DNA from: a virus
Taxonomy: Duplodnaviria; Caudoviricetes
DNA: 59,943 bases
Virus record (IMG/VR): IMGVR_UViG_3300036760_000042
Span: 1-59,943 of that record
Reading direction: 5' to 3' (one strand)
Positions within the stretch are counted from its first letter, which is position 1. Each line of letters begins with the position of its first letter. The notes under the pieces are model-generated. The model did no database searches and was not told the origin of the DNA. It worked only from the letters and a program-made list of their open reading frames with translations. The position numbers and the translations under genes are program-made. Positions 39,201-47,243 of this stretch are shown one piece after another.

Positions 39201-42200
39201 TTGCTCAACTCAATGTCGAAGCCTCCCCGGGCAAGCACACGGGACTGTGGCCAGAATACGAGACTGCCCCGATAAAGCAGAAGCTCGATGTCCATCGCCG
39301 CATCCAGAAGATATTTGAAGACGAGCGCGGCAATGACCTGATTGCGAAGGCGGTTGACCTCAGGCTCCCAGTATCGCATGACGGCGTTGGCGTCTTCTTG
39401 AATGTGCAATCGCCCGGCACCGCCAAGCAGTTCTGGGTGATGAAGGGCTGGCTCAGTAAGAAAAAGGGGGACGCCGGGCGTATTAGCGAGGAGTACAGGA
39501 AGAAGCTCGACGCATACGCCGGGACCTATGCCTACTTCTCCAACCAGAATGCCATCGGATGGACTCGCCCCTTGGAGTCGAAGTCTCCCAAGACCACCTA
39601 CATGTACGATCTGGACATGGGCGTTACGGCGACCCCGGCACAAATGAAAGAGCTTGGCGCTCTGCTCGGCTCCACGTTCGCCCCGAAGAATCTCTACTTC
39701 GCTACAATTTTTACACCCAACGGGGTAAGGATTCTGAACGTCAATGATGTCAGGGTTCCTGAGGCTGTCTGGGGCGCTGACATGAAGACAGGGGTGCTCG
39801 ATCAGTTCAGCCACCCAAAGTTCGGTGTGCTAGAGTACGACCACGATGGTAACTACATCGAGCACGCAACCGGAGCGAAGGAGGGGCAGCATGGGGATAA
39901 TTACCTACAAGCGATATGGGACGCAGGAGGATCTGAACTCCTCGACAAGGTTTTCGTTCTTTTCGGACCGACAAGTTCACGGGAAACCGAAGCCATCTCC
40001 AAAGAGTACGGATGGACCGACGGACGGAAGTACTCCATCGGAGCAAAGCCTCCCGAGTACCACATCGGAGCCGACGGAAAGTTCAAGCTAGGCCCCGCCC
40101 CGACCGCCGTGCCTGAGCCGCCACCCGAGGCGGTGGCAGGCAGCGGCATCGGGGGCTTGTTCAGAAGGCCCCCTCCCCCTCCCACCGCAGGCGCGGCGCT
40201 GACCCCCAGCCAGATGCGTGGAGAGGTCGCGCTCCACGACCTCTGGGAGCGCAGCAAGGACTTTGTCGCTGGGGAAGCGCCAGACCCATACAAGGGCAAG
40301 AACCCGCTCGCCATCGCCCGCCAGTTCTATCGGGGCCATGTCGCCGAGTACTCCCCGTTGCGCAAGGCGGAGCTTGTGTACTACAAAGCGATCCATGGAG
40401 TTGCTCCGCGTTTCGGCGTAGACAAGGATTTCGAGCTTCGGGCTGGAGATGCCGCCAAGGCCGACCACGTCCTCGGTCAATTTGCGAGCGAGATTGTTCA
40501 GCCGCTCAAGAACATCTCGAAGGAATCCCTCTTCAAGTACATGGCCGCTCGGCGCATCGAGGACCGAGTCGTCACGAGCAGCCGAAACTCTGCGGAAGAA
40601 GCAGAGCGCAAGCGCGTTGCTGGCTTCGATGAGGAGACGGCCAAGGGCGCTGCCGCCTCTGTGCGCAAGACCGACCCCAACTACATCCTGATGGAGTCCA
40701 TCCTTGCAAAGGGTGGTCCGTACCGACGCATCATGGGGGAGATGCTCGACATGATGGTGTCGTCAGGCAGGATGTCGCCAGAGTTGCGCAGGAACATCGA
40801 CCAGAGCAGCGACTTCTATGCACCGTTCCGAGTGCTCACGGCCATCAGCAACATGGAGGCCGATGCTGCTTCTGGCGGTGGCAGGCCTGTCCCGGGCATT
40901 GCTCAGTTGACCAAGGCCATCACAGGGATCTCGGACGCGGACTTCGCGCTGGACAAAGACTTCCTGAAAGAGAGCGCGGCGCAGATTGTCAGGGCGCACA
41001 TTCTCGCCGGGAAAAACGAGAAGATGCTCCTGCTCGATGCGATGGCTCGGCGTCAGGGAACGGATCACATGCGCCTGCTCGGGCCAGAAGAGCGCCCGCG
41101 TCAGGGCTGGGCTGTCACGACGTATCTCTACAACGGCGTGCCCCAACGGATGGAAGTCGCGCCGTATGTCGAGCGTGCCCTCAGGGGACTCAACAGCGGA
41201 GAGACGCAGATGGCCTTGGAGACACTGCGCCTATTTCAGGGGACCCTGCGAGGCGGCACCACCACTTTCAACGCGGCCTTCCAGATCTCCAACCTGCTGG
41301 CGTCCGATGTCCCTCGCGTAGCATTGATGAGCCGCGCCGGGTTGCGTGGGCCGATAGACTGGGCGCACTTCGGTGTCGATGTCCTCAATGCCCTCTTCAT
41401 GCAGAGCATTCCAACCAACGTCTTTGGGAAGCCGACGCCGCTGTTCCAGCGCATGATGAAGAACGGCGTCCTGAATGCGTCCGTCAGTAGTTGGGTCAGG
41501 GAGGAGTCCGGGTACAAGCGGAAACTCGCCAGCCACGAGGGCACCATGCGTCAGCGTGGGTACTGGAGGACGCTGGACACCATCAACTCATTCTCTCAGG
41601 CAGTAGAGGAGACAGGCAAGGCGCTCGCGTGGATGCGCATGGAGCGCTTCAACAAGAAGAAGCTCTCGCAGTTGCCGCCCGATCAGCAGGCAAAATACAT
41701 GAGAGAGATGGCCAGCGAGGTCCGCAACTACGGTGGGTCCCCAGACTTCTGGCGGCACGGCGAGGCTCGCCAGATGAACCTGATCTTCATGTTCTACAAC
41801 GCCGCCATGCAGGGCATCGAGCGCGATGTCGCTCGGCTCTCCGGAAAGACTGGGGCGAAGGATGCCGGTGCCGCATGGGCGCGGCTGACCCCGCTGGTGC
41901 TCGCGAGCGTTTACTACGCTGCGCTCCAAGCATCGCCAGAGTACAAGAAAGACTACGACGCGCTGCAGCAGTGGGAGCGGGACAACTACTTCCACATCTG
42001 GCGCAACAGGTACTTCGTCAACGCTGACGGACAGCGGGTGAGAGACTCGTTCCGCATCCCGAAGAAGAACTTCGTTAAGCTGCTCGCGAACGTCACCGAG
42101 GAAGGCGTCCGCTACGCCATGTCCGAAGATCCTGATGCCGCCTACCGGATGCTCTCGTCAGTGATGGAGAACGCCAGCCCCATCAACATCGAAGGCGACA

Positions 42201-42955
42201 CGATGCAAGAGCGCGGCTACTCAGTGCTGGGGTCGATGAACCCGGCCATCAAGGTGCCAGCGGAGTACATCACCGGGAAGTCGTTCTTCATGAAGACCGA
42301 CACCGTTCCGCCGCGCCTTGAGGGAGAGCCTGCCGAGTTTGAGGCCGACGCCCAGACGCCGCAGATATTCAAGACCCTCGGGGCATTGCCAACGAAGATT
42401 GGCTTGCCCGGAATGTCACCGAAGAAACTCGAAGCTGCTGTCTATGGTCTGGGCGGCGGGGCAGTGAACCAGTTGTTCCCGAGAGAGGCGGCTGAGGGCC
42501 GGGAGGCGTACACAGAGATCGCGCCCATGAAGCGGTTCGTCCGTGGGACCGGCGTCAACTACGACGACCTGTACGCCAAGGACCGCCCACTCGCAGAAGT
42601 CGTCCACCACATGGAGCGGTTGAAGAAGGAAGCTCCGGAAGAGGCGGCAGCTTACGCTCAAGAACACCATCTGGAGTTCGCAGCGCATGAGCGGTTGCAG
42701 GATGTCATGAAGCTGATGTCGATACACCGGAAGGAGGTTCGCGGAAGGCGACTGGTCGGTGGCAAGATGACCGCCGAGGAGTCGCCGCAATTCAGGGGCC
42801 TGATCGAGGAGGCACTCGCGGACGTAGACCAGATCCTGTCGAGCGAGTCGGGCCAACCGTCCGCCAAACCCGCGCCCGCAACTGGCGGTTCCGGGGACCC
42901 AGAGTTGCAGGAACTCCTCCGCCGCCGCGCACTCAGAAAGCAGGGACAGAGATAA
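33224..42955 (+). CDS. Large polyvalent protein (3243 aa), probable injected internal virion protein
   Basis: AAGGAGG RBS; zincin-like HEMLH at 37742; glycosylase-like DWYRR...VTVDVW...QAQAAIW domain; LPD38-like C-terminus (WERDNYFHI...RIPK). Confidence 0.85.
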   Translation: MSSDPQLDALLRRRAERRQAASQAQASIQPQLSFRSDPAGPAPLGPPYYPEAGDAGASAVARLQAATPKFVAPAPPARLDFPTLYDLEERFKSIPSAVSGLVRDPGQLLRPETWQGPEAKAMDYRNMPMPSSGSTYAMDRVREDLKTGSGVGVQAGRVMRDLLGADMSDVLPGMARDQISMIRNAPRISSNLGKELAYGAMGGIGSAVESVADAEPGESALSQLAQAGHEAVQNKYRRTPEWLQEQAHPRQFPRLPGGPITQTKIPEDPYGPSYIHGAGRRATRGEEILMDTAHGIGGFSVMPATIPSGVLGSAYYDVKQAGMMGADLPATAATIAMAISKLGSAEQGKLWPMFKETMSKMPGHRTLEEFKGILAGLIPSAVDIASAGAKPERLSNESETQFQNRQEVMAHDSLAQSVANVALTGGVVGSMVRPAIGRNLAERRATGLEQRMADDISGKKPFPADQREATHERLRQELDESLYKTQKPQGKAESNEEYVARIQEAIGSRLDRAAGVPPNMPDFIRDIATLRLESKHPMTDADLLETERLAEPDVLTPSQVKGVAEREREALPVTTPSMLKGGDVIESNRKRVEVLRQKAEAAGMPVPSEGVLPTPTGTVGEVKAGSGIGGLVPRREVDEQGFFSPIIEGIKTGLAKGHPQYWMNHLAKFGGAKEEAKWAGLDDFLKTKDSFTREELDTFMLANKIEVEEKWHSNASDDNPELDALHGDVSNAEEGVVIAREGYRDEVLDRFDVDIEGFTDRDRGDLIADAEAALADARTELEDYQREQPRDTKWTQYTEQTPSSRPPDEQFELVLRLPEGVKGEPDLSGGTNHYPYKNQILHVRFNVRQRPDGKSGIFLDEAQSDQGQRGRDKGFRKIGADAGPELGKLRERLKAVEVERERLVMERDDLGDKRSERFRQLDEEIVRDLGYRSAKDLQDKHNAARAAAMRYEAGSGLPWEKLSDDKAEALRRHNKALLEDPTVVELDRRREELDSLYDEATAEAGRATKALSDFTTRPAEAPFITDTQQWTARALKRMLRYAAENGHSYIAWTNGEQQTRRWAEALRAKVDTLWWEKVEGGIALAGTKNGQDVKLPETAKIIKGADSLRESIGAAMSRQILDSPNQSGTITGKDLTIDSAGMKHYYDVVMPSVMDKIAKKWGGKVVWRDMEFGTEYSPRLLTGPELSAREIDAIRAVWPGSGGATQMLRQHEVEARRRTLDTLEVLANEVAQGKSLREALESRLTNIGPYGSPVIGRDVLGAIGWKLERPNETQRVPMIDITPQMREGAMAGFSQFSGADPKLMMRALDHGIRLLKDVPEFGAWASRMIREIGPAIGPHVRKLYEQAKGAKPITLGASMSRSERYAQDIRDGAKIGEGDHKFVDFQGIFSKGTSEEIAGKPWVQKLTGVLSDAYSEYRREAERHEPSFAEGSGGPRFAGITPAPAWKGVSFWKGDLEGTPGERGNLFSYVNPFRVVSDVAEGVAGGTIAESRSRETAADMMASVTLHEMLHHLDDAHTQVHDYAMTEYPAWIPREVRARITTSLDEVLQSEDTWRELNDYAKRATPHSYRGSGVEVGHGGAGGEPRVGEAMPALRPEHPQAGEGGRAGLGGDLRGGGVNEQGPPGAEARGNLTGQRAAGALDRNPLDLSSDPEIRRSQMREAEAAIRAWLNPPAKAGSGIGGVDFENPPLEAFLKWAKALKEEGVDTLGKLMPIAVARFGPTIAGRMPELYKRLQGVEFLRGQERPGFPGGLLFSKGGKPYGLPEGISTPAKVRGLQARLSNLAEEGLAGKDWYRRSADAIYAFVGGDLAQAKKLAGLIAIFSANRSPVGEMPSVADAWAMHESGLKLTQESVHVTGDQLAKAQRWLDNGTTWVNDERIDAGQGKKTWSFYQNFLEHLDPADPMGHRGAGKRAVTVDVWIARAIGWMGTATEIDLSAGQYRAAQALVQAVADKLGLTPSQAQAAIWAAQQVREGADLKSMAEGDFKSLMERGFAQLNVEASPGKHTGLWPEYETAPIKQKLDVHRRIQKIFEDERGNDLIAKAVDLRLPVSHDGVGVFLNVQSPGTAKQFWVMKGWLSKKKGDAGRISEEYRKKLDAYAGTYAYFSNQNAIGWTRPLESKSPKTTYMYDLDMGVTATPAQMKELGALLGSTFAPKNLYFATIFTPNGVRILNVNDVRVPEAVWGADMKTGVLDQFSHPKFGVLEYDHDGNYIEHATGAKEGQHGDNYLQAIWDAGGSELLDKVFVLFGPTSSRETEAISKEYGWTDGRKYSIGAKPPEYHIGADGKFKLGPAPTAVPEPPPEAVAGSGIGGLFRRPPPPPTAGAALTPSQMRGEVALHDLWERSKDFVAGEAPDPYKGKNPLAIARQFYRGHVAEYSPLRKAELVYYKAIHGVAPRFGVDKDFELRAGDAAKADHVLGQFASEIVQPLKNISKESLFKYMAARRIEDRVVTSSRNSAEEAERKRVAGFDEETAKGAAASVRKTDPNYILMESILAKGGPYRRIMGEMLDMMVSSGRMSPELRRNIDQSSDFYAPFRVLTAISNMEADAASGGGRPVPGIAQLTKAITGISDADFALDKDFLKESAAQIVRAHILAGKNEKMLLLDAMARRQGTDHMRLLGPEERPRQGWAVTTYLYNGVPQRMEVAPYVERALRGLNSGETQMALETLRLFQGTLRGGTTTFNAAFQISNLLASDVPRVALMSRAGLRGPIDWAHFGVDVLNALFMQSIPTNVFGKPTPLFQRMMKNGVLNASVSSWVREESGYKRKLASHEGTMRQRGYWRTLDTINSFSQAVEETGKALAWMRMERFNKKKLSQLPPDQQAKYMREMASEVRNYGGSPDFWRHGEARQMNLIFMFYNAAMQGIERDVARLSGKTGAKDAGAAWARLTPLVLASVYYAALQASPEYKKDYDALQQWERDNYFHIWRNRYFVNADGQRVRDSFRIPKKNFVKLLANVTEEGVRYAMSEDPDAAYRMLSSVMENASPINIEGDTMQERGYSVLGSMNPAIKVPAEYITGKSFFMKTDTVPPRLEGEPAEFEADAQTPQIFKTLGALPTKIGLPGMSPKKLEAAVYGLGGGAVNQLFPREAAEGREAYTEIAPMKRFVRGTGVNYDDLYAKDRPLAEVVHHMERLKKEAPEEAAAYAQEHHLEFAAHERLQDVMKLMSIHRKEVRGRRLVGGKMTAEESPQFRGLIEEALADVDQILSSESGQPSAKPAPATGGSGDPELQELLRRRALRKQGQR

Positions 42956-43119
42956 TGCCGAGGTTCGCCCACGCACTCCACTGCATCACACTCAACGCCT
43001 TTGCGCACTTCTGCAAGGCAACCCAGATGATTCGCCGCAATCTCGCGGACCTCGGCATCATTGTCTGACGGAGACGGCATGCTAACGGACCCGATCATCT
43101 CAGTCAAGAGGGCTGCCTG

Positions 43120-43695
43120 ATGGCCGACTTCGACGTGGCGCTCCCGAAGATCCTGCGACACGAGGGAGTCGTGTTCGACCCAGACGGCGACCCAATCGTA
43201 GGGCGCACCGGCTACGTGAACAACCCAGACGATCCCGGCGGCGAAACGAACTACGGGATCACCCGCAACGTCGCGCTCGAAAATGGGTACGTGGCTGACA
43301 TGGTGGACATCCCGTTTTTCGTCGTGAAGAAGGTTTACCGGACGCGCTACTGGGATGCGCTGCACGGTGACGACATCGCTGATCAGGAGATCGCGGAGGA
43401 GTTGTTCGATACTGCCGTAAACATGGGAGTCGGTACGGTCGCCATGTTTCTCCAGCGGACGCTCAACGTCCTGAACCTGCGCGGCGTCAGGTACGCAGAT
43501 ATTCAGGTGGATGGCAAGATTGGACCCGGGACGATCAGCGCACTGAGCGCGGCATTGTCTGTCGAGCCGTGGTATCGGCTGGCGATCCTTCGGGCGCTCG
43601 ACTCGCTCCAAGCCGTGAGGTACATCACGATTGCTGAGAACAATCCCCGGCTCGAATCGTTCCTGCCGGGATGGTTGAGGAATCGAATCACATGA
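43120..43695 (+). CDS. Endolysin, glycoside hydrolase family 108 with a peptidoglycan-binding domain
   Basis: HEG, DPGGETNYGIT, FDTAVNMG, VDGKIGPGT, GWLRNR. Confidence 0.92.
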   Translation: MADFDVALPKILRHEGVVFDPDGDPIVGRTGYVNNPDDPGGETNYGITRNVALENGYVADMVDIPFFVVKKVYRTRYWDALHGDDIADQEIAEELFDTAVNMGVGTVAMFLQRTLNVLNLRGVRYADIQVDGKIGPGTISALSAALSVEPWYRLAILRALDSLQAVRYITIAENNPRLESFLPGWLRNRIT

Positions 43696-43703
43696 GGAGT
43701 CAA

Positions 43704-45029
43704 ATGAAACTCGCTCCCGTCCTGCTCATACTCGCCGTCACCCCCGCGCTTGCCGATGTCTGCCCCGTGGCGGAATCGGTCCCGCACCAGATGATCGTCA
43801 AGATGCGCGACGGGCCGGTCTCCACGCATGACCGCGTTGTGCTGCACCGCTTCGCGTCGGGCGCGGAACTCTGGCGCACCGATGCCGACCTCGTGTCTCT
43901 GCAACTGGACCCCGCGATTGAATACGCGGAGCCGGACTATGTTGTGTACGCGGACGTGGTGCCGAACGACCCGCGCTGGGGGACTGGCGGGAGTTACGGC
44001 CTGACCATCATCGACGCCCCTCATGCATGGGATGTAACGACCGGAGACCCGTCCGTGGTGGTCGGCATCGTGGACACCGGCTCCGGGCCACACGCGGACC
44101 TCAGCCTCGTCCCCGGCTACGACTACCTGAACAACGACGCCGACGCATCGGACGACCACCGGCACGGCACGTTCACCGCCTCGCAGGTCGGGGGCGTTGG
44201 CAACAACGGGATCGGGTTCGTGGGCGTCGCGTGGCATGTCAGTCTCAAGCCGTACAAGTTCTTGAGCGGGTGCGGGAGCGGCACCACGTCAAACGCCATC
44301 CTCGCCATTGACGACGCGACGGCATCCGGCGTACCCATCCTCAACAACTCGTGGGGAGGCAGCGGGTTCTCGCAGGCGCTACTCGACTCCATCAACGCCT
44401 ACTGTGCGGCGGGTGGGTTGTTTGTCGCGTCTGCGGGCAACAACGCCTCGGACACCGACCTCACGCCGCAGTACCCGGCAGACTACGACTCCCCGTGTAT
44501 CATCAGCGTGGCCGCAACCGACAGCCTCGACGGGCTCGCATCGTTCTCGAACTTCGGCGCGTTGACCGTGGACCTCGGGGCACCCGGCGTCAGCATCCTC
44601 GGCGGCATCCCGTACCCGTACACCTGCTCCGGCACCACGTCATCGGACTACGGTTTCCTCTCGGGCACGTCGATGGCCGCGCCCTTTGTCTCTGGTGTCG
44701 CCGCGCTTGTGAAATCCCTCTGCCCAACATGCACGGGCGCGGACATCAAAGCGCGCATCCTCGCAGCGGTCGATCCCGTCGCCTCACTCGCGGGCCGGAC
44801 TGTTACCGGAGGGCGGCTCAACGCGGCCCGAGCCGTCGGATATGGTGGACCACCGCCTCCGCCTCCGGCGGCATTTTGCAACGATGGAACATGCGACCCA
44901 GCGGAGAGTTGTAAGGATTGCCCTTCGGACTGCGGCTTATTCATCCACAAACCACGTTCGGCGGCTTCCTGTTGCGGCGACAACAAGCTCCAGCCGGGCG
45001 ACCTGACGCGGTGCTTCGGAAACTATTAA
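43704..45029 (+). CDS. Secreted subtilisin-like serine protease (S8)
   Basis: Signal peptide; VDTG, HGT, ASAGN, SGTSMAAP; Cys-rich C-terminus. Confidence 0.93.
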   Translation: MKLAPVLLILAVTPALADVCPVAESVPHQMIVKMRDGPVSTHDRVVLHRFASGAELWRTDADLVSLQLDPAIEYAEPDYVVYADVVPNDPRWGTGGSYGLTIIDAPHAWDVTTGDPSVVVGIVDTGSGPHADLSLVPGYDYLNNDADASDDHRHGTFTASQVGGVGNNGIGFVGVAWHVSLKPYKFLSGCGSGTTSNAILAIDDATASGVPILNNSWGGSGFSQALLDSINAYCAAGGLFVASAGNNASDTDLTPQYPADYDSPCIISVAATDSLDGLASFSNFGALTVDLGAPGVSILGGIPYPYTCSGTTSSDYGFLSGTSMAAPFVSGVAALVKSLCPTCTGADIKARILAAVDPVASLAGRTVTGGRLNAARAVGYGGPPPPPPAAFCNDGTCDPAESCKDCPSDCGLFIHKPRSAASCCGDNKLQPGDLTRCFGNY

Positions 45030-45056
45030 CGCGGCTTTCTCCCAGCGGGGGACATA

Positions 45057-45275
45057 GTGACAGTTGACGAGTTGAAAGAAGTGCTGGCCGATCAATTCCA
45101 TCAACACGAGAGACACGAAGACGGGCAACACGCGGAAATCGTCCGGCACTTCGACAAGATCAATGGCTCGATCTCCGACCATGCGAACGACATCACTAAT
45201 CTAAAAGTCCGCGACGGTCTCTGGGCCGGTGGGCTGATTGCTGGATGGGCGGTAATCAAGGCGCTGTTCAAATAG
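45057..45275 (+). CDS. Holin-like membrane protein
   Basis: Coiled N-terminus with KING motif and one C-terminal TM segment. Confidence 0.5.
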   Translation: MTVDELKEVLADQFHQHERHEDGQHAEIVRHFDKINGSISDHANDITNLKVRDGLWAGGLIAGWAVIKALFK

Positions 45276-45283
45276 GAGACTCG

Positions 45284-45802
45284 ATGAAACGGTTACTGAT
45301 CGCTCTGACGCTGATGCCATCACTGACTATGGCAGCGACTTCATTGGCTCCGGGCGACTACCACGTCAGGCCCTGCCCAAAGGCGGCGACACTGGAGAAC
45401 TGCGAGCGGTTCTTCCCTCCGAAGTGTGTCGAGCTGAACGCGACAGCCTGCAAACCATTCTTCCCGGTCGTGGAGCAGAAGACCTGCCCTGCGGCGACGG
45501 TGCTACCTCAACCAGACCTGCTGCCAGTTGACGATCCTCCTGTTGTCGTTGCTGGTGGGTCTGATGGTCCGCGTCTTGTGGCTCCTGCGGCTGAAACGCA
45601 AAAGCTGAAGACGTGGCACAAGTGGGCCATTGCGACCGGCATCCTCGTTCTGGGTGGCGTGATCGAGCATCAGTTCGACAACGATGACGGTGGTGACGAC
45701 AACCACAAGAAGCCCGACGACTACCTGCCGCCGCCACCGCCTCCCTGCGACCCGCCGGGACACGGCCACGGTCACGGCCATGACGACGGGGGCGACGACT
45801 GA
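45284..45802 (+). CDS. Exported membrane-anchored protein with a His/Asp-rich tail
   Basis: Signal peptide, Cys-rich segment, TM helix, PPPPPP and GHGHGHGHDD. Confidence 0.65.
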   Translation: MKRLLIALTLMPSLTMAATSLAPGDYHVRPCPKAATLENCERFFPPKCVELNATACKPFFPVVEQKTCPAATVLPQPDLLPVDDPPVVVAGGSDGPRLVAPAAETQKLKTWHKWAIATGILVLGGVIEHQFDNDDGGDDNHKKPDDYLPPPPPPCDPPGHGHGHGHDDGGDD

Positions 45803-45803
45803 C

Positions 45804-45944
45804 ATGGACGGACTCAAAGAGGCGATGGGCTGGCTCGACCGCGTTGCCGGGGAACTCCCGTTCCCGCTCTGGTGGGTAGTGGTCGGCACCATCGTCGTCC
45901 TGTGGCTGGGATATCTGATCGGAAAGTGGAGGGGGAAGTCATGA
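45804..45944 (+). CDS. Small membrane protein
   Basis: LWWVVVGTIVVLWLGYLIG. Confidence 0.55.
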   Translation: MDGLKEAMGWLDRVAGELPFPLWWVVVGTIVVLWLGYLIGKWRGKS

Positions 45945-46138
45945 GCAAAGCACTGACGCTTGGAAGCCTCGGGACCGAGAGCCGGAAGATCATGGTATTC
46001 GTCCCCGTGTTCATCGTCGCCACGGTCCTCCTATGGTTTGGCCGGGTCGAGCAGGACAACTGGGTCGACCTGACAAAGTGGCTGTTCGGCTTTCTTGCTG
46101 CTGGTCTGACGGCAGAGCGCTTCGCTGTGCAAAAGTGA
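45941..46138 (+). CDS. Putative holin (2 TM)
   Basis: SRK followed by two hydrophobic helices; in the lysis cassette. Confidence 0.6.
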   Translation: MSKALTLGSLGTESRKIMVFVPVFIVATVLLWFGRVEQDNWVDLTKWLFGFLAAGLTAERFAVQK

Positions 46139-46161
46139 CCGTAGACGGAAAGGGGCAACTC

Positions 46162-46500
46162 GTGCCGCTGACGTGGTGGGCAAAGATACTGGCGTGGCTC
46201 AAAGCGAACCCCCTGTGGGGTCTGATTGGCGCTCTGATAGCCGCTGTTGGCGTCAGCGGTCTGCGAATAGGACACCTCACGGCGAAGCAGGCCAAGGCCC
46301 AGAAAAAGGCCGACATCGCGGCGCTTGAGCGCCGGAAACTCGAAGCGACCGCTCGGGACCGCGCTGCCGAGAATCGCCTCCTCGCGGCTGACGCCAAGCT
46401 GAAGAAGGCTGAGAAGGACGACGCGAAGGCGAAGGCCACGTTTGATGCGGCCCAGAAGGACATCGAGACGGTCGCGGCGAGATGGAAGAAGAAGAAATGA
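46162..46500 (+). CDS. Putative inner-membrane spanin (TM plus coiled coil)
   Basis: N-terminal TM followed by an Ala/Lys-rich coiled coil. Confidence 0.5.
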   Translation: MPLTWWAKILAWLKANPLWGLIGALIAAVGVSGLRIGHLTAKQAKAQKKADIAALERRKLEATARDRAAENRLLAADAKLKKAEKDDAKAKATFDAAQKDIETVAARWKKKK

Positions 46501-46510
46501 TGCAGTACTG

Positions 46511-46586
46511 TGCGGGGACACGCCGTGGTGGCGAACTCGGTTCATACCCGAGAAAAACTGCGAGGTTCAAATCCTCGCCCCCGCAA
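46511..46586 (+). tRNA. Atypical tRNA-Met(CAT)-like gene
   Basis: Acceptor TGCGGGG/CCCCGCA; D arm CGCC/GGCG; anticodon arm CTCGG-TTCATAC-CCGAG; T loop GGTTCAAATCC. Confidence 0.7.
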
Positions 46587-46606
46587 CCCTTTCGAGTGAG
46601 GCCCTG

Positions 46607-47152
46607 ATGGGGCATACACCAGCAACGAGGGCTACAGACTTGGCCAAGCGCATGGCTCTCCGGGCGGTCGTGCTGGCGTGCCTGCTCACAGTAGGGCGGG
46701 CTTCCGGTGCGACCGCACCAATTACTGATTCTGCATCAGTTGGTAGTTCAGTAGTACTTCCGGCCTGCCCCGAATACCCAGACGTGTCCGGGCTTATCGA
46801 GTACCTCGAAGGGATGCAGGCGCAAGCCTCAGGACTGGACCTAGAAGCCCTCAAGGACGCCGTCACCCTGCTCTCGGCCACCATGGCGCAGAGAGACGCC
46901 ATGTGCGCACGGCTGGAGGCCTCTGGGGCGAAACTAGGGGCATGCCGGGAGTCGCTAGCCGCCTCGACAGAACTGCTGGGCGGATGCCGGGTGGACCGCG
47001 AGGAGGCGTGGAAAGAACTCCGGGCCAGAATCCTCAAGCCGACCTGCTCCACCGTGGGCCGCTTCGGCTGGACAGCCGGGGCCGGGGCTTGCGTGGACGC
47101 GGACGGGACTCTATCGGTCTGCGGGGCTGGTGTTTTTGGTTTCCGCTTCTGA
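46607..47152 (+). CDS. Putative spanin-like / outer-membrane protein (start 46607 or 46652)
   Basis: Signal-like segment, coiled coil, C-terminal beta hairpin ending FGFRF. Confidence 0.5.
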   Translation: MGHTPATRATDLAKRMALRAVVLACLLTVGRASGATAPITDSASVGSSVVLPACPEYPDVSGLIEYLEGMQAQASGLDLEALKDAVTLLSATMAQRDAMCARLEASGAKLGACRESLAASTELLGGCRVDREEAWKELRARILKPTCSTVGRFGWTAGAGACVDADGTLSVCGAGVFGFRF

Positions 47153-47243
47153 GCACCACCAGCAACGCTCCGCGTTGTCCATGGCAGGACGGGTGAACTC
47201 CGCAGCCGCGCAGATAGGCCCGGTGCACGGGCGCGAGGCGGTC

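Noticed and set aside
46587-46645. HDV-like (theta) ribozyme after the tRNA
   Set aside because: Only a simple GCCCT/AGGGC hairpin is visible; the nested double pseudoknot could not be built
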